Shown: positions 11,131 through 18,732 of the stretch, in pieces | Numbering within the stretch: the stretch's first letter is position 1 | Layout of the letters: every line of letters starts with the position of its first letter | NCBI RefSeq assembly: GCF_000940845.1 | Contig: NZ_CP010341.1 | Span: forward strand, 1,440,001-1,472,000 | DNA length: 32,000 bases | From: Propionibacterium freudenreichii subsp. freudenreichii | GTDB taxonomy: Bacteria > Actinomycetota > Actinomycetes > Propionibacteriales > Propionibacteriaceae | Direction: 5' to 3' | Position numbers and translations under genes: made by a program | Notes under the pieces: model-generated | Database searches by the model: none | Told to the model about the DNA's origin: nothing | Seen by the model: the letters and a program-made list of their open reading frames with translations, nothing else

Positions 11131-12138
11131 GTGAGCGTCTTCGCACTTGCCTTCATGCAGCGGGCGTTGATCGCCGCGTTGCTGTCCGGATTCATGTCGC
11201 CCGCAGTGGGCACCTACATCGTGCAGCGCAAGTTGAGCCTGCTGGGCGACGGGCTGGGTCACGTGGCCATCGCCGGCGTCGGCCTGGCGCTGTTGACCGG
11301 CTGGGCACCGACACCGGTGGCCATCGTGATCTGCGTGGTGGGCGCGGTGTCCATCGAGTTGCTGCGCCAGAGCGGACGGGCCCCCGCGGATGTGGGGCTG
11401 GCCATCCTGTTCTATGGCGGACTGGCCACCGGCGTCCTGCTTGCGGGAATCTCCGGTCAGGGCACCGGGGTGTTGTCGCAGTACCTGTTCGGGTCGCTGA
11501 CCACGGTGAGCATGTCCGATGTGGCGCTGGTGGCCGTGATGGCCGCCATCGTGATCATCCTCTCGTTGGGGCTGTCACCGCAGCTGTTCGCGGTGTGCGC
11601 CGACGAGGAGTTCGCACGCAGCCAGGGCCTGCCGGTTCGGGCCCTGGAGATCTGCATCGTGGTGATGGCCTCGGTGACGGTGGCCGTGTCGATGCGCACC
11701 GTGGGCCTGCTGCTCGTCAGCGCGCTGATGGTCGTACCGGTGGCCGCCGCCAACAACCTGGTGACCGGCTTCTACCGCTCGATGTTCACCGCGATCGGCA
11801 TCGGTGTGGTGGTGAGCTTCATCGGCGTCACCGGCTCCTACTACTGGAACACCGCCTCGGGCGCCACCATCGTGGTCAGTGCCATCGCGGTCTTCGCCCT
11901 GAGCTGGCCGGTGGGATCGCTGCTGAACAGGCGCCGCCTGGCCCGTTCCCAGCGCATCCCCGATCCCGAGACGGCCCGCGACAACGCCGCCGAAGTCGCC
12001 GCACACCGTCCGGTCGACCCGTCCGAACTGGTGGGCGAGGACGGCAACCACCCCCGAATCCAGCATGGCGACCATGTGGACTATCTGCACGGGAACCATC
12101 GCCATGCCCCACATGGAGATCATTTCGATGAACACTGA
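11131..12138 (+). CDS. znuB: Metal ABC transporter permease with a His-rich C-terminal tail
   Basis: 335 aa, multi-TM ABC-3 family permease. GTG start 1 nt after the znuC stop. Nine His in the last 30 residues. Confidence 0.85.
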   Translation: MSVFALAFMQRALIAALLSGFMSPAVGTYIVQRKLSLLGDGLGHVAIAGVGLALLTGWAPTPVAIVICVVGAVSIELLRQSGRAPADVGLAILFYGGLATGVLLAGISGQGTGVLSQYLFGSLTTVSMSDVALVAVMAAIVIILSLGLSPQLFAVCADEEFARSQGLPVRALEICIVVMASVTVAVSMRTVGLLLVSALMVVPVAAANNLVTGFYRSMFTAIGIGVVVSFIGVTGSYYWNTASGATIVVSAIAVFALSWPVGSLLNRRRLARSQRIPDPETARDNAAEVAAHRPVDPSELVGEDGNHPRIQHGDHVDYLHGNHRHAPHGDHFDEH

Positions 12139-12616
12139 ACGGGACCCGGGTCCCGAGCAGGAAACCACCCCCGCCGCCCCACGTTCCACCATGGGACGCG
12201 AGGAGGCCCCCCGCCCCCGACCCCGCCAGACCAAGCAGCGTCAGCTGATCAGCCGGATGCTGGAGAACCAATCCCGCTTCCGCACCGCGCAACAGCTCCA
12301 TGCCGATCTGCGCGCCGCTGGAGACAGCGCCAGCCTGGCCACGGTCTATCGGGTGCTCCAATCGTTGGCGGAGCACGGCGAGGTCGACACCTGGCGCACT
12401 CCCGGCGGCGAGCTGGCCTTCCGGCACTGCTCGCCGACCCACCACCACCACCTCATCTGCTACCGCTGTGGGCGCACCGTCGAGATCGACGCCGGACCCG
12501 CGGAGCAGTGGGCGTCCCGGGTTGCCGCCGAGAACGGCTTCATCCACGCCGAGCACCAGGTGGAGGTCTACGGGCTGTGCCCCCAGTGCGCCGCCGAGAT
12601 CGGCGAGGGCCACTGA
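12128..12616 (+). CDS. zur: Fur-family metalloregulator, probably Zur
   Basis: Winged-helix region (RFRTAQQLHADL...SLATVYRVLQSL). Metal-site motifs HHHHLICYRCGRTVEI and CPQC. Start uncertain: ATG 12128 overlaps the znuB end by 11 nt; ATG 12191 (MGREE) gives 141 aa; the ORF track starts at 12065. Confidence 0.8.
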   Translation: MNTERDPGPEQETTPAAPRSTMGREEAPRPRPRQTKQRQLISRMLENQSRFRTAQQLHADLRAAGDSASLATVYRVLQSLAEHGEVDTWRTPGGELAFRHCSPTHHHHLICYRCGRTVEIDAGPAEQWASRVAAENGFIHAEHQVEVYGLCPQCAAEIGEGH

Positions 12617-12625
12617 TCTCTGCCC

Positions 12626-12665
12626 CCGCGCCTTCGCGGTACCCGGGTGCCCCATGGCCCGGGTA
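12626..12665 (+). terminator. Tandem GC hairpins after zur (possible operon terminator)
   Basis: CCGCG-CCTT-CGCGG (12626-12639) followed by TACCCGGG-N10-CCCGGGTA (12640-12665). No clear U tract. Confidence 0.3.
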
Positions 12666-12675
12666 TCCCGGTAGT

Positions 12676-12868
12676 GTTGGGGGCACAAACTTCCATCGCC
12701 GAAGGGAAGCCGGTGAGATGCCGGCGCTGACGCGCAACCGTGAGCCGGGCCATCTGGCCTGATGAGCCGGGATACTTCGCGAGATGGTCTGGCCACAACC
12801 CGCTGCCGCGGTCGCAGTGGAGGCGGACATCCGTCGTCCCTGCTCGCAGCGAGAGAGGACGACGTGCC
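12676..12868 (+). promoter_or_regulatory. Cobalamin (B12) riboswitch with RBS-sequestering expression platform
   Basis: The core GAAGGGAAGCCGGTGAGATGCCGGCGCTGACGCGCAACCGTGAG (12701-12744) parallels the conserved E. coli btuB leader core (AGGGAATCCAGTGCGAATCTGGAGCTGACGCGCAGCGGTAAG, from memory). B12-box-like GAGCCGGGATACTTCGC at 12764-12780. Hairpin CGTCGTCC (12832-12839) / GGACGACG (12857-12864) covers the GAGAGAGGA Shine-Dalgarno just before ATG 12869. Possible -10 TAGTGT at 12672-12677. Confidence 0.85.
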
Positions 12869-13543
12869 ATGTCCACGTCACACGGAGCATCCCCGGGATC
12901 GCTCATCCCCCTGGCGCCCGGCCCATCGGTGCCGCGCACCTTTGCACCCGCCCCGCGGCTCCTGCCGCGCTCCGTGCGGGTGGCGGGGTCCCCTGTCACC
13001 ATCCTGACCGACCGGGCCGGCACACCGACCCCGCTGGAACGCACCCCACGGCCCTTCACCCGGGCAGAACTCGAGGTCGCCTGGGTGCAGTGGTCCGCGC
13101 TGGATCCACGACTCGCCGACACGGTGTTGGTGCTGGCACACACCGCACTGAGGTGGGACGAGGCCCGGGCACTGACCGTTGACGACCTGGTGCCCCATGC
13201 CCATCAGATCATCGTGCGCGCGCACTGCCCGGGCCGGGTCCGACGCCCGCTGGCACCGGCCCTGCACCGGCGGGTGCCGGTGTCGTTGCGCATCCGCCAG
13301 GCGTTGCGCAGGCTCGCTTCCACGCCGGGACCCCGGGGACTGGTGTTCACCGACCCGGACGGTGCCCCACTGCGTCGCGCCACGGTGCGGCGGGTCCTCG
13401 ACTGGTACCACACCGCCCCCGGCCATGGCCTGGCCGATCTTCCGGCCACTGCGGCCCAGTTGTGGGCCGACGACGGCACGCCCCGCGCGGTCGTGGCCGA
13501 GTGGAGCGGGCGTCCGGCCTGGTCGTCGCGACCACGGGGCTGA
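12869..13543 (+). CDS. Tyrosine recombinase (phage integrase) catalytic-domain-like protein, catalytic residues degenerate; possibly a relic
   Basis: LVLAHTALRWDEARALTVDDL resembles box I with its Arg. RRVPVSLRIRQALRRL and LVFTDPDGAPLRRATV follow the integrase pattern. The HxLRH box reads ADLPATAAQ, GH reads GR, and the frame ends before any catalytic Tyr. No N-terminal core-binding domain. I counted about 84% G/C at third codon positions, like genuine genes here. Confidence 0.45.
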   Translation: MSTSHGASPGSLIPLAPGPSVPRTFAPAPRLLPRSVRVAGSPVTILTDRAGTPTPLERTPRPFTRAELEVAWVQWSALDPRLADTVLVLAHTALRWDEARALTVDDLVPHAHQIIVRAHCPGRVRRPLAPALHRRVPVSLRIRQALRRLASTPGPRGLVFTDPDGAPLRRATVRRVLDWYHTAPGHGLADLPATAAQLWADDGTPRAVVAEWSGRPAWSSRPRG

Positions 13544-13683
13544 GCCCCCGGACTCCTCCACTGCTGGGACCCGTCGCCCGGCCTCCCCGGCGCCGGATTC
13601 CCTTGCAGCGGACCTTTGCAGCCGGGCCCCTGTCCCGCTGGGCCAGCACCACCGTGCGGCGCCTTCGACGTGCACACGCCAGC

Positions 13684-13714
13684 GAGCCCCGGCGGGTGGG
13701 ACCGGCCGGGGCTC
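13684..13714. terminator. Hairpin between convergent recombinase-like ORF and pduP
   Basis: GAGCCCCGGC (13684-13693) / GCCGGGGCTC (13705-13714), 10-bp stem, 11-nt loop, no U tract on either strand. Confidence 0.2.
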
Positions 13715-13756
13715 ACGTCCATCCCGACGAGGCACGGGACGGCTGGTGGGGCGTGA

Positions 13757-15166
13757 TCAGCGAATGTTGAGACCGCTCTTCAACACGCAACGACGCTTGC
13801 GGGCGAAGCAGCGGGCCGAGGTCAGGCCCTCACCGGTCGGGCCGGCGATGGTGAAGGTGGGAAAGCCCTCACCGTCGATGCCGATGCCGTTGTACGAGGG
13901 ACCGTTCTTCACGAAGATCGTGGTCTGGATGAGCTTGCCCATCTTGGTCAGCGCGTTGACATTCGACGAGTGCATCACGGCCGTGTGACGGTTGCCGTGC
14001 TCCACCTCCACCGCCTTGTCGATGGCGGTGTCGACATCGGGCATCCGCACGATCGGCAGGATCGGCATCATCAGCTCCACCTGCACGAACGGATGGTCGA
14101 AGGGCACCTCGCAGATCAGCAGGCGCGTGTCCTTGGGTGCGCTCAGGCCCACCTCGGAGGCGAGCTGGGCGGCCGGCTTGCCCACATAGGCGGCGTTGGC
14201 ATGCTGGCCCTTGGTCACCAGGGCGGCCAGCTTGTCCATCACGGCGCGATCCTTCAACTCGAAGCAGCCGTGCTTGAGCATCTCGAACTTGAGCAGGTCG
14301 GCAATGGAATCAACCGCCAGCACCTCCTTCTCGGCGGTGCACGGGAGGTTGTTGTCGAAGCTGGCCCCGTCCACGATGTCCCGGGCCGCCTTGGCGATGT
14401 CGGCGGTGTCATCCACCACGGCCGGCGGGTTGCCGGCACCGGCACCGATGGCCTTCTTGCCGCTGGACAGCACGGCCTTGACGATGCCCGGGCCGCCGGT
14501 TGCCACGAGCATGCGCACCTTCTCGTGCGACATCATGGCGTTGGTGTTGTCGATGGAGGGCTCCTCGACCGTCACCACCAGGTTGGCGGGCGCACCCGCA
14601 GCGGCGAGCGCGCGGTTGATCTTGCGCACCAGCCACAGGGTGATCTTCTTGGCACGCGGATGGGGGCTGAAGACCACCGCGTTGCCGGCCGCGAGCATGC
14701 CGATCGTGTTGTTGATCACCGTCTCGGTGGGATTCGTCGTGGGGGTGATCGCCCCGATCACGCCGAAGGGCGAGAACTCGACGGTGGTCAGGCCGTCGTC
14801 ACCCGACCAGGCCTCGGTGATGATGTCCTCGGTGCCCGGTGTGTACAGGGCGGCGTAGCGATTCTTGAGGATCTTGTGGGGCACATTGCCCATCCCCGTC
14901 TCCTCGACGGTGGCGGTGGCCATGTACTCCAGGTTGTCGGGCTCGCTGGCCACGTCGCGGATCGCCTGGATGAACCGGTTGCGGTCGCGCAACGAGCAGT
15001 CCATGTACTGGCGCCACGCCACATCGGCGGCGTCCACCGCACTGTTCATGTCGGTGAAGATGCCGTCGGTGCCGCTGGGGGCATCGGTGCCGGAATCCTG
15101 GCGTGAGATGACCTCACGCACCGTTTCACGAACGACCTGCTGGATTAGTTCTGGGCTGATGGTCAT
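13757..15166 (-). CDS. pduP: CoA-acylating propionaldehyde dehydrogenase
   Basis: The ORF track extends to 15259. ATG at 15164-15166 overlaps the pduO stop as ATGA and gives MTISPELIQQVVRETVREVI, an encapsulation-peptide-like helix. EutE/PduP catalytic motif NNLPCTAEKE. 469 aa. Confidence 0.9.
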   Translation of the reverse strand: MTISPELIQQVVRETVREVISRQDSGTDAPSGTDGIFTDMNSAVDAADVAWRQYMDCSLRDRNRFIQAIRDVASEPDNLEYMATATVEETGMGNVPHKILKNRYAALYTPGTEDIITEAWSGDDGLTTVEFSPFGVIGAITPTTNPTETVINNTIGMLAAGNAVVFSPHPRAKKITLWLVRKINRALAAAGAPANLVVTVEEPSIDNTNAMMSHEKVRMLVATGGPGIVKAVLSSGKKAIGAGAGNPPAVVDDTADIAKAARDIVDGASFDNNLPCTAEKEVLAVDSIADLLKFEMLKHGCFELKDRAVMDKLAALVTKGQHANAAYVGKPAAQLASEVGLSAPKDTRLLICEVPFDHPFVQVELMMPILPIVRMPDVDTAIDKAVEVEHGNRHTAVMHSSNVNALTKMGKLIQTTIFVKNGPSYNGIGIDGEGFPTFTIAGPTGEGLTSARCFARKRRCVLKSGLNIR

Positions 15167-16254
15167 GACCGACTCGCTTCCTTGGCTCGCGACATAGCAA
15201 AACTGGCAATGGTGACGTCCTGGTCGACCGTGCCGCCGGAGACACCAATGCCCCCGCACAGCACGCCGTCGACAAAGACCGGCAGGCCTCCCCCGAAGAC
15301 GACCACGCGTCCGTCGTTGGAGTTCTGGATTCCGTGGAGCTCCGCACCCGGCAGGGACGCTTCGCTGAGATCGGCGGTCGGCTGTTTGAAGGCCGCTGCC
15401 GTGAATGCCTTGTTCGACGCCAGGTCAAGGCTGCCGAGCAGGGAATCCTCCATCCGGTGCAGGAGCATCAGATGGCCGCCGGCATCGACACCGGCAAAAA
15501 CAATGGGTACGCCCAGCTCGGCACCCCGGGACTGGGCTGCCGCCGCCATCGCCTGGAGCACGTCCAGGTCGTAGCGGGCGAGCCCGAACCGGGTGGCGGG
15601 GTCGGCCGTGGTCGAGACATCGGCCGGCACGAAGCCGCTGGCGGGGCTCCACGCGACACGGGGCTGGGGCGACTGCGCCGCCAGGTGCTTCTCGACGACG
15701 GACCTCACCAGGCCCTCGAGCCGTGCCACGTCGAAGCGGTGCTCGGCCACGCGTGCCAACGAGTACAGGGCATCCGACAGCCGATTCACATAGCGGATCA
15801 GCTCGGGGCGCACCGGACGCGACTCGGCGGCGGTCAACATGCGTCGCTCGGCACGTCGGGTGACGGTGCGCGCGCGGTGGAGCGCTGCGGAGACCAGGTC
15901 GCGACCGGGAACCACGAAGTTGCGCTGTGGTCCGGTCTCGGCCATCGAATCATCGATGAGTCGTTCCAGGTCTGCGACGTCGTCGGGGCTGATCGTATTG
16001 GCGATCACGGCGCGCCCGGCCTCGTCGCTGGCCAACTCGGCGGCGGCGACGAACAGGCGCTGTTGGATGTGCTGGAGGGCGGCGCGCATGTCGGGGTCCT
16101 CGACGCGCGCCTTCGCCTCGCCGATGGTGGCGTTGGCCTCGTCCAGGGTTCCGTAGGCCTCAACGGTCGGGTCCTGCTTGGGCACCCTGGTGCCGCCGAA
16201 CAAGCCGGTGGTTCCCTTGTCCCCGGTGCGGGTATAGATCGCTGCCATCGTCAC
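15163..16254 (-). CDS. pduO: PduO-type ATP:cob(I)alamin adenosyltransferase fused to a DUF336/GlcG-like domain
   Basis: AAIYTRTGDKGTTGLFGG...EAYGTLDEANA is the PduO-type ATR N-terminus. The C-terminal half (GVPIVFAGVDAGGHLM...GGLPVFVDGVLCGGIGVSGG) is DUF336-like. Start is GTG 16254 (GTGA overlap with pduN) or ATG 16248. Confidence 0.9.
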   Translation of the reverse strand: MTMAAIYTRTGDKGTTGLFGGTRVPKQDPTVEAYGTLDEANATIGEAKARVEDPDMRAALQHIQQRLFVAAAELASDEAGRAVIANTISPDDVADLERLIDDSMAETGPQRNFVVPGRDLVSAALHRARTVTRRAERRMLTAAESRPVRPELIRYVNRLSDALYSLARVAEHRFDVARLEGLVRSVVEKHLAAQSPQPRVAWSPASGFVPADVSTTADPATRFGLARYDLDVLQAMAAAAQSRGAELGVPIVFAGVDAGGHLMLLHRMEDSLLGSLDLASNKAFTAAAFKQPTADLSEASLPGAELHGIQNSNDGRVVVFGGGLPVFVDGVLCGGIGVSGGTVDQDVTIASFAMSRAKEASRS

Positions 16255-16523
16255 GCCGGTCCGATCTCGACGGTGTCGACGATTCCGACGATGGTCGAAT
16301 CGATCGGTGCGTCCTTGCGATCGGCGGCGAATCGCGCCGAGCTGCCCTTCGTGACGATCACGATCGAGCCCGTGCCAGCTCCCACGGTGTCCACCGCGAT
16401 CTCCGGACGTCCGACCGGCTCCTGCTGGAGCCCGATCTGCTCGATGAGCATCAGCTTGAAGCCGACCAGCCGTTCGTCCTTGCTGGTGGAGACCACCGTG
16501 CCGCGTACCTTTGCCAAGAACAT
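16251..16523 (-). CDS. pduN: BMC vertex pentamer protein (EutN/CcmL family)
   Basis: 90 aa. MFLAKVRGTVVSTSKDERLVGFKLMLI...GIVD is typical of BMC-P. Starts 1 nt after the upstream stop. Confidence 0.9.
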   Translation of the reverse strand: MFLAKVRGTVVSTSKDERLVGFKLMLIEQIGLQQEPVGRPEIAVDTVGAGTGSIVIVTKGSSARFAADRKDAPIDSTIVGIVDTVEIGPA

Positions 16524-16524
16524 G

Positions 16525-17409
16525 TCACACCACCACCGTGATCTGGATATTTCGGGAGGCCGCCATGTCCCGGGCGGCGGCCGTCACCTTCGTGTCGGGC
16601 CGGATGGCCAGGCATGAACCCGGGTCCAACTTCTGCACCACGCCCTGGCTGATCAGCTTCAGGGTGCTGGGCGCGCCCGTGACCGGTCCGCGCGGCGCCG
16701 GCTCACGCCGGGTATCGGTCACGCGCGTCCCCCGGTGGGAGACGCCGCCACCGTGCGGCCGGGGAGCCGGTGCCGGGATCGCGGGGGCGGCGCATGCGGC
16801 AAGGGCCTGTGCCGGGATTCCCTGGGCGATCAGCGCGTCCTTGTGTGCCGCGTCGCGACGGTCGAAGGCCGCCAGCGCCGTGCGTGCGAGCGCCTGGCTT
16901 CGGGCCAGCCTCACCCCGAAGGAGGTCAGGGCGGTCAGGTTGGCGCGCAACAGCTCCGCGTAACCGGAGGGCATCTCGGGATAGATCGAACGCTTGGGCG
17001 CCTCGTCGGGGCTGACCGCGGTGCTTGAGGCGACGACCAGGCGGTTGCTCATGATGAACTCACTGAACAGGTTGCTGGCCAGGCAGTCCGCGATCCCGTG
17101 GGACACCTTGGCGGCGACGTTGGCCGTCAGGGTCGGCGCGATGAGCATCTGGTGGTTGGCCACCAGGTGGTCGTCGACCTGTGGGAGGCCCAGGGCCCCG
17201 ATCTTGTGCTGGTCGAGGATCCGGCGGGCGCTGGGGGTTTGCACCACGTCGAGGGCGACGCCCTCATCGGCCAGTGCGCGCAGGCCCCCGAGGCATTCGT
17301 CAAAGCCGAGCAGGCCGCCGGTGAAGACCACCAGCGCGCGACGGGGGGCGGGGGCGAGCAGTTCCACGAGCGTCTGCCGGATGATCGCCCTGAGTTGATC
17401 CGGATTCAT
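16525..17409 (-). CDS. PduM-position BMC-associated protein: N-terminal amphipathic helix, flavoprotein-like domain, Pro/Ala/Arg linker, small C-terminal domain
   Basis: 294 aa between eutJ and pduN, the pduM slot in Lactobacillus/Listeria-type pdu operons. N-terminus MNPDQLRAIIRQTLVELL. MLIAPTLTANVAAKVSHGIADCLASNLF resembles the CoaC/Dfp-type flavoprotein motif (IAPATAN..AK.A.G.AD.L). ATGA overlap with eutJ. Confidence 0.5.
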   Translation of the reverse strand: MNPDQLRAIIRQTLVELLAPAPRRALVVFTGGLLGFDECLGGLRALADEGVALDVVQTPSARRILDQHKIGALGLPQVDDHLVANHQMLIAPTLTANVAAKVSHGIADCLASNLFSEFIMSNRLVVASSTAVSPDEAPKRSIYPEMPSGYAELLRANLTALTSFGVRLARSQALARTALAAFDRRDAAHKDALIAQGIPAQALAACAAPAIPAPAPRPHGGGVSHRGTRVTDTRREPAPRGPVTGAPSTLKLISQGVVQKLDPGSCLAIRPDTKVTAAARDMAASRNIQITVVV

Positions 17410-18263
17410 CGGGATTCCTCCTGGGCGGGCATCGGGATGCCGAGCGGGGTGATGAACAGGGGTTGGGCCGGACGCACCACGGGTCGGTGCAGCCTGGCCT
17501 CGAAGATGGCCGGTGCGCTCTCGAACGAACTCGAGCCACCCACCAGGTAGACGGCCGGCACGTCCCGCGAGCCGAGGGCCTGCGCGGCGATGGTCGCCAT
17601 CTTGTCGAGGGTGGGGCGGATGGTTCCCAGCACCTGTTCGCGGTACTGCGGATCCTTCTTCATGGCCTCGGCCTGGTCGTAGTCGATGTTGTTCGAACCG
17701 GCCAGCACCAGGGTCATGTGATGGCCACCGGTGGCCTCGTCAACCGACAACACCACCTTGCCGTCCTCCAGGATCGACACCCCGGTGGTGCCGGCACCGA
17801 CGTCGATGACCGCGCCGTCGGTGATGCCCATGGCGCGTGCGGCAGCCACCGGCTCGTCGACCACCTCATCAAGGTCGAGGCCGGCCGCGCCGATGACATT
17901 GGCGAACACCTGGATGTCACCGTCGCTGATGCCGGGGGGAATCGAGATCGAGGCCTTGGTGAACTCGTGGCCCAGGCGTTGCTCGACGTCGGCGCGCAGC
18001 GCGCGCACGGCGCTGGTCGCGCCTGCCCAATCGACCACCACCCCGTCGCGCACGACGGTGGAGTGCACCCAGCCCCCCGCAATCGGGTGGTTGGCCGCGT
18101 CGACCACTGCCACGACGATGTTCGCCGTGCCGAGATCGAATCCCAACCGCATCTGGCCGGTCGGTTCGTCGATCGCGCCGGTGCGGACCTGCTCAGCGAA
18201 ACGCATGATCGCCTGCTCGGGGAGCTCCACGTGCGTCGTCACCACCATTCCAGTCATCGCCAT
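17406..18263 (-). CDS. eutJ: EutJ-like actin/Hsp70-fold ATPase (putative chaperone)
   Basis: LGFDLGTANIVVAVVD, VIDVGAGTTGVSIL and AVYLVGGSS are ASKHA phosphate/adenosine motifs as in EutJ. Start uncertain: ATG 18263 (GAGGA upstream, 285 aa) or ATG 18413 (ATGA overlap with the pduJ stop, 335 aa with a low-complexity N-terminus). Confidence 0.8.
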   Translation of the reverse strand: MAMTGMVVTTHVELPEQAIMRFAEQVRTGAIDEPTGQMRLGFDLGTANIVVAVVDAANHPIAGGWVHSTVVRDGVVVDWAGATSAVRALRADVEQRLGHEFTKASISIPPGISDGDIQVFANVIGAAGLDLDEVVDEPVAAARAMGITDGAVIDVGAGTTGVSILEDGKVVLSVDEATGGHHMTLVLAGSNNIDYDQAEAMKKDPQYREQVLGTIRPTLDKMATIAAQALGSRDVPAVYLVGGSSSFESAPAIFEARLHRPVVRPAQPLFITPLGIPMPAQEESR

Positions 18264-18409
18264 TCGCCTGTCCTCGCGTTGCCCATCGTCGTGCCGTTGG
18301 CCATCGTGGTGCAGGGTCCGTGGGCTTCCGGCCCCCACACGGCGGGCAGCCCGAAGGCGACCCGGCAGCTGGGCGTCGGCCGGAAGCCACGTGGACCCTG
18401 CACTCATCG

Positions 18410-18688
18410 TCATGCCTGCTTGGGCAGGAGCTTCTCGACGTCGGCCGCGGGACGCGGGATGACGTGGCGGCTGAGCACCTCTTCGCCGACTGCCGCGGCG
18501 GCGGCAGCTCCGGCATCGACGGCGGCCTTGACCGCGCCCACGTCGCCGCGAACCATCACGGTGACCAGGCCGGCGCCGACCTTCTGGTAGCCGACGACCA
18601 CCACATTCGCGGCCTTGACCATCGCATCGGCCGCCTCGACGGACCCGACGTATCCCTTGGTCTCAATCAGACCCAGTGCTTCCCTCAT
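18410..18688 (-). CDS. pduJ: BMC-H shell hexamer protein
   Basis: [29 protein letters not shown]...VHVIPRP-type BMC domain. I prefer ATG 18688 (GGAAGGA upstream, 92 aa). The ORF track starts at 18736. Confidence 0.85.
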   Translation of the reverse strand: MREALGLIETKGYVGSVEAADAMVKAANVVVVGYQKVGAGLVTVMVRGDVGAVKAAVDAGAAAAAAVGEEVLSRHVIPRPAADVEKLLPKQA

Positions 18689-18732
18689 GGTGTTTCCTTC
18701 CCTTGCCATTTCGCTTGCCTGCGTATCGGACA

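Noticed and set aside
12617-12870. Searched for a tRNA gene or att site next to the recombinase-like ORF
   Set aside because: No cloverleaf-compatible sequence was found. The structured RNA here is explained by the cobalamin riboswitch.
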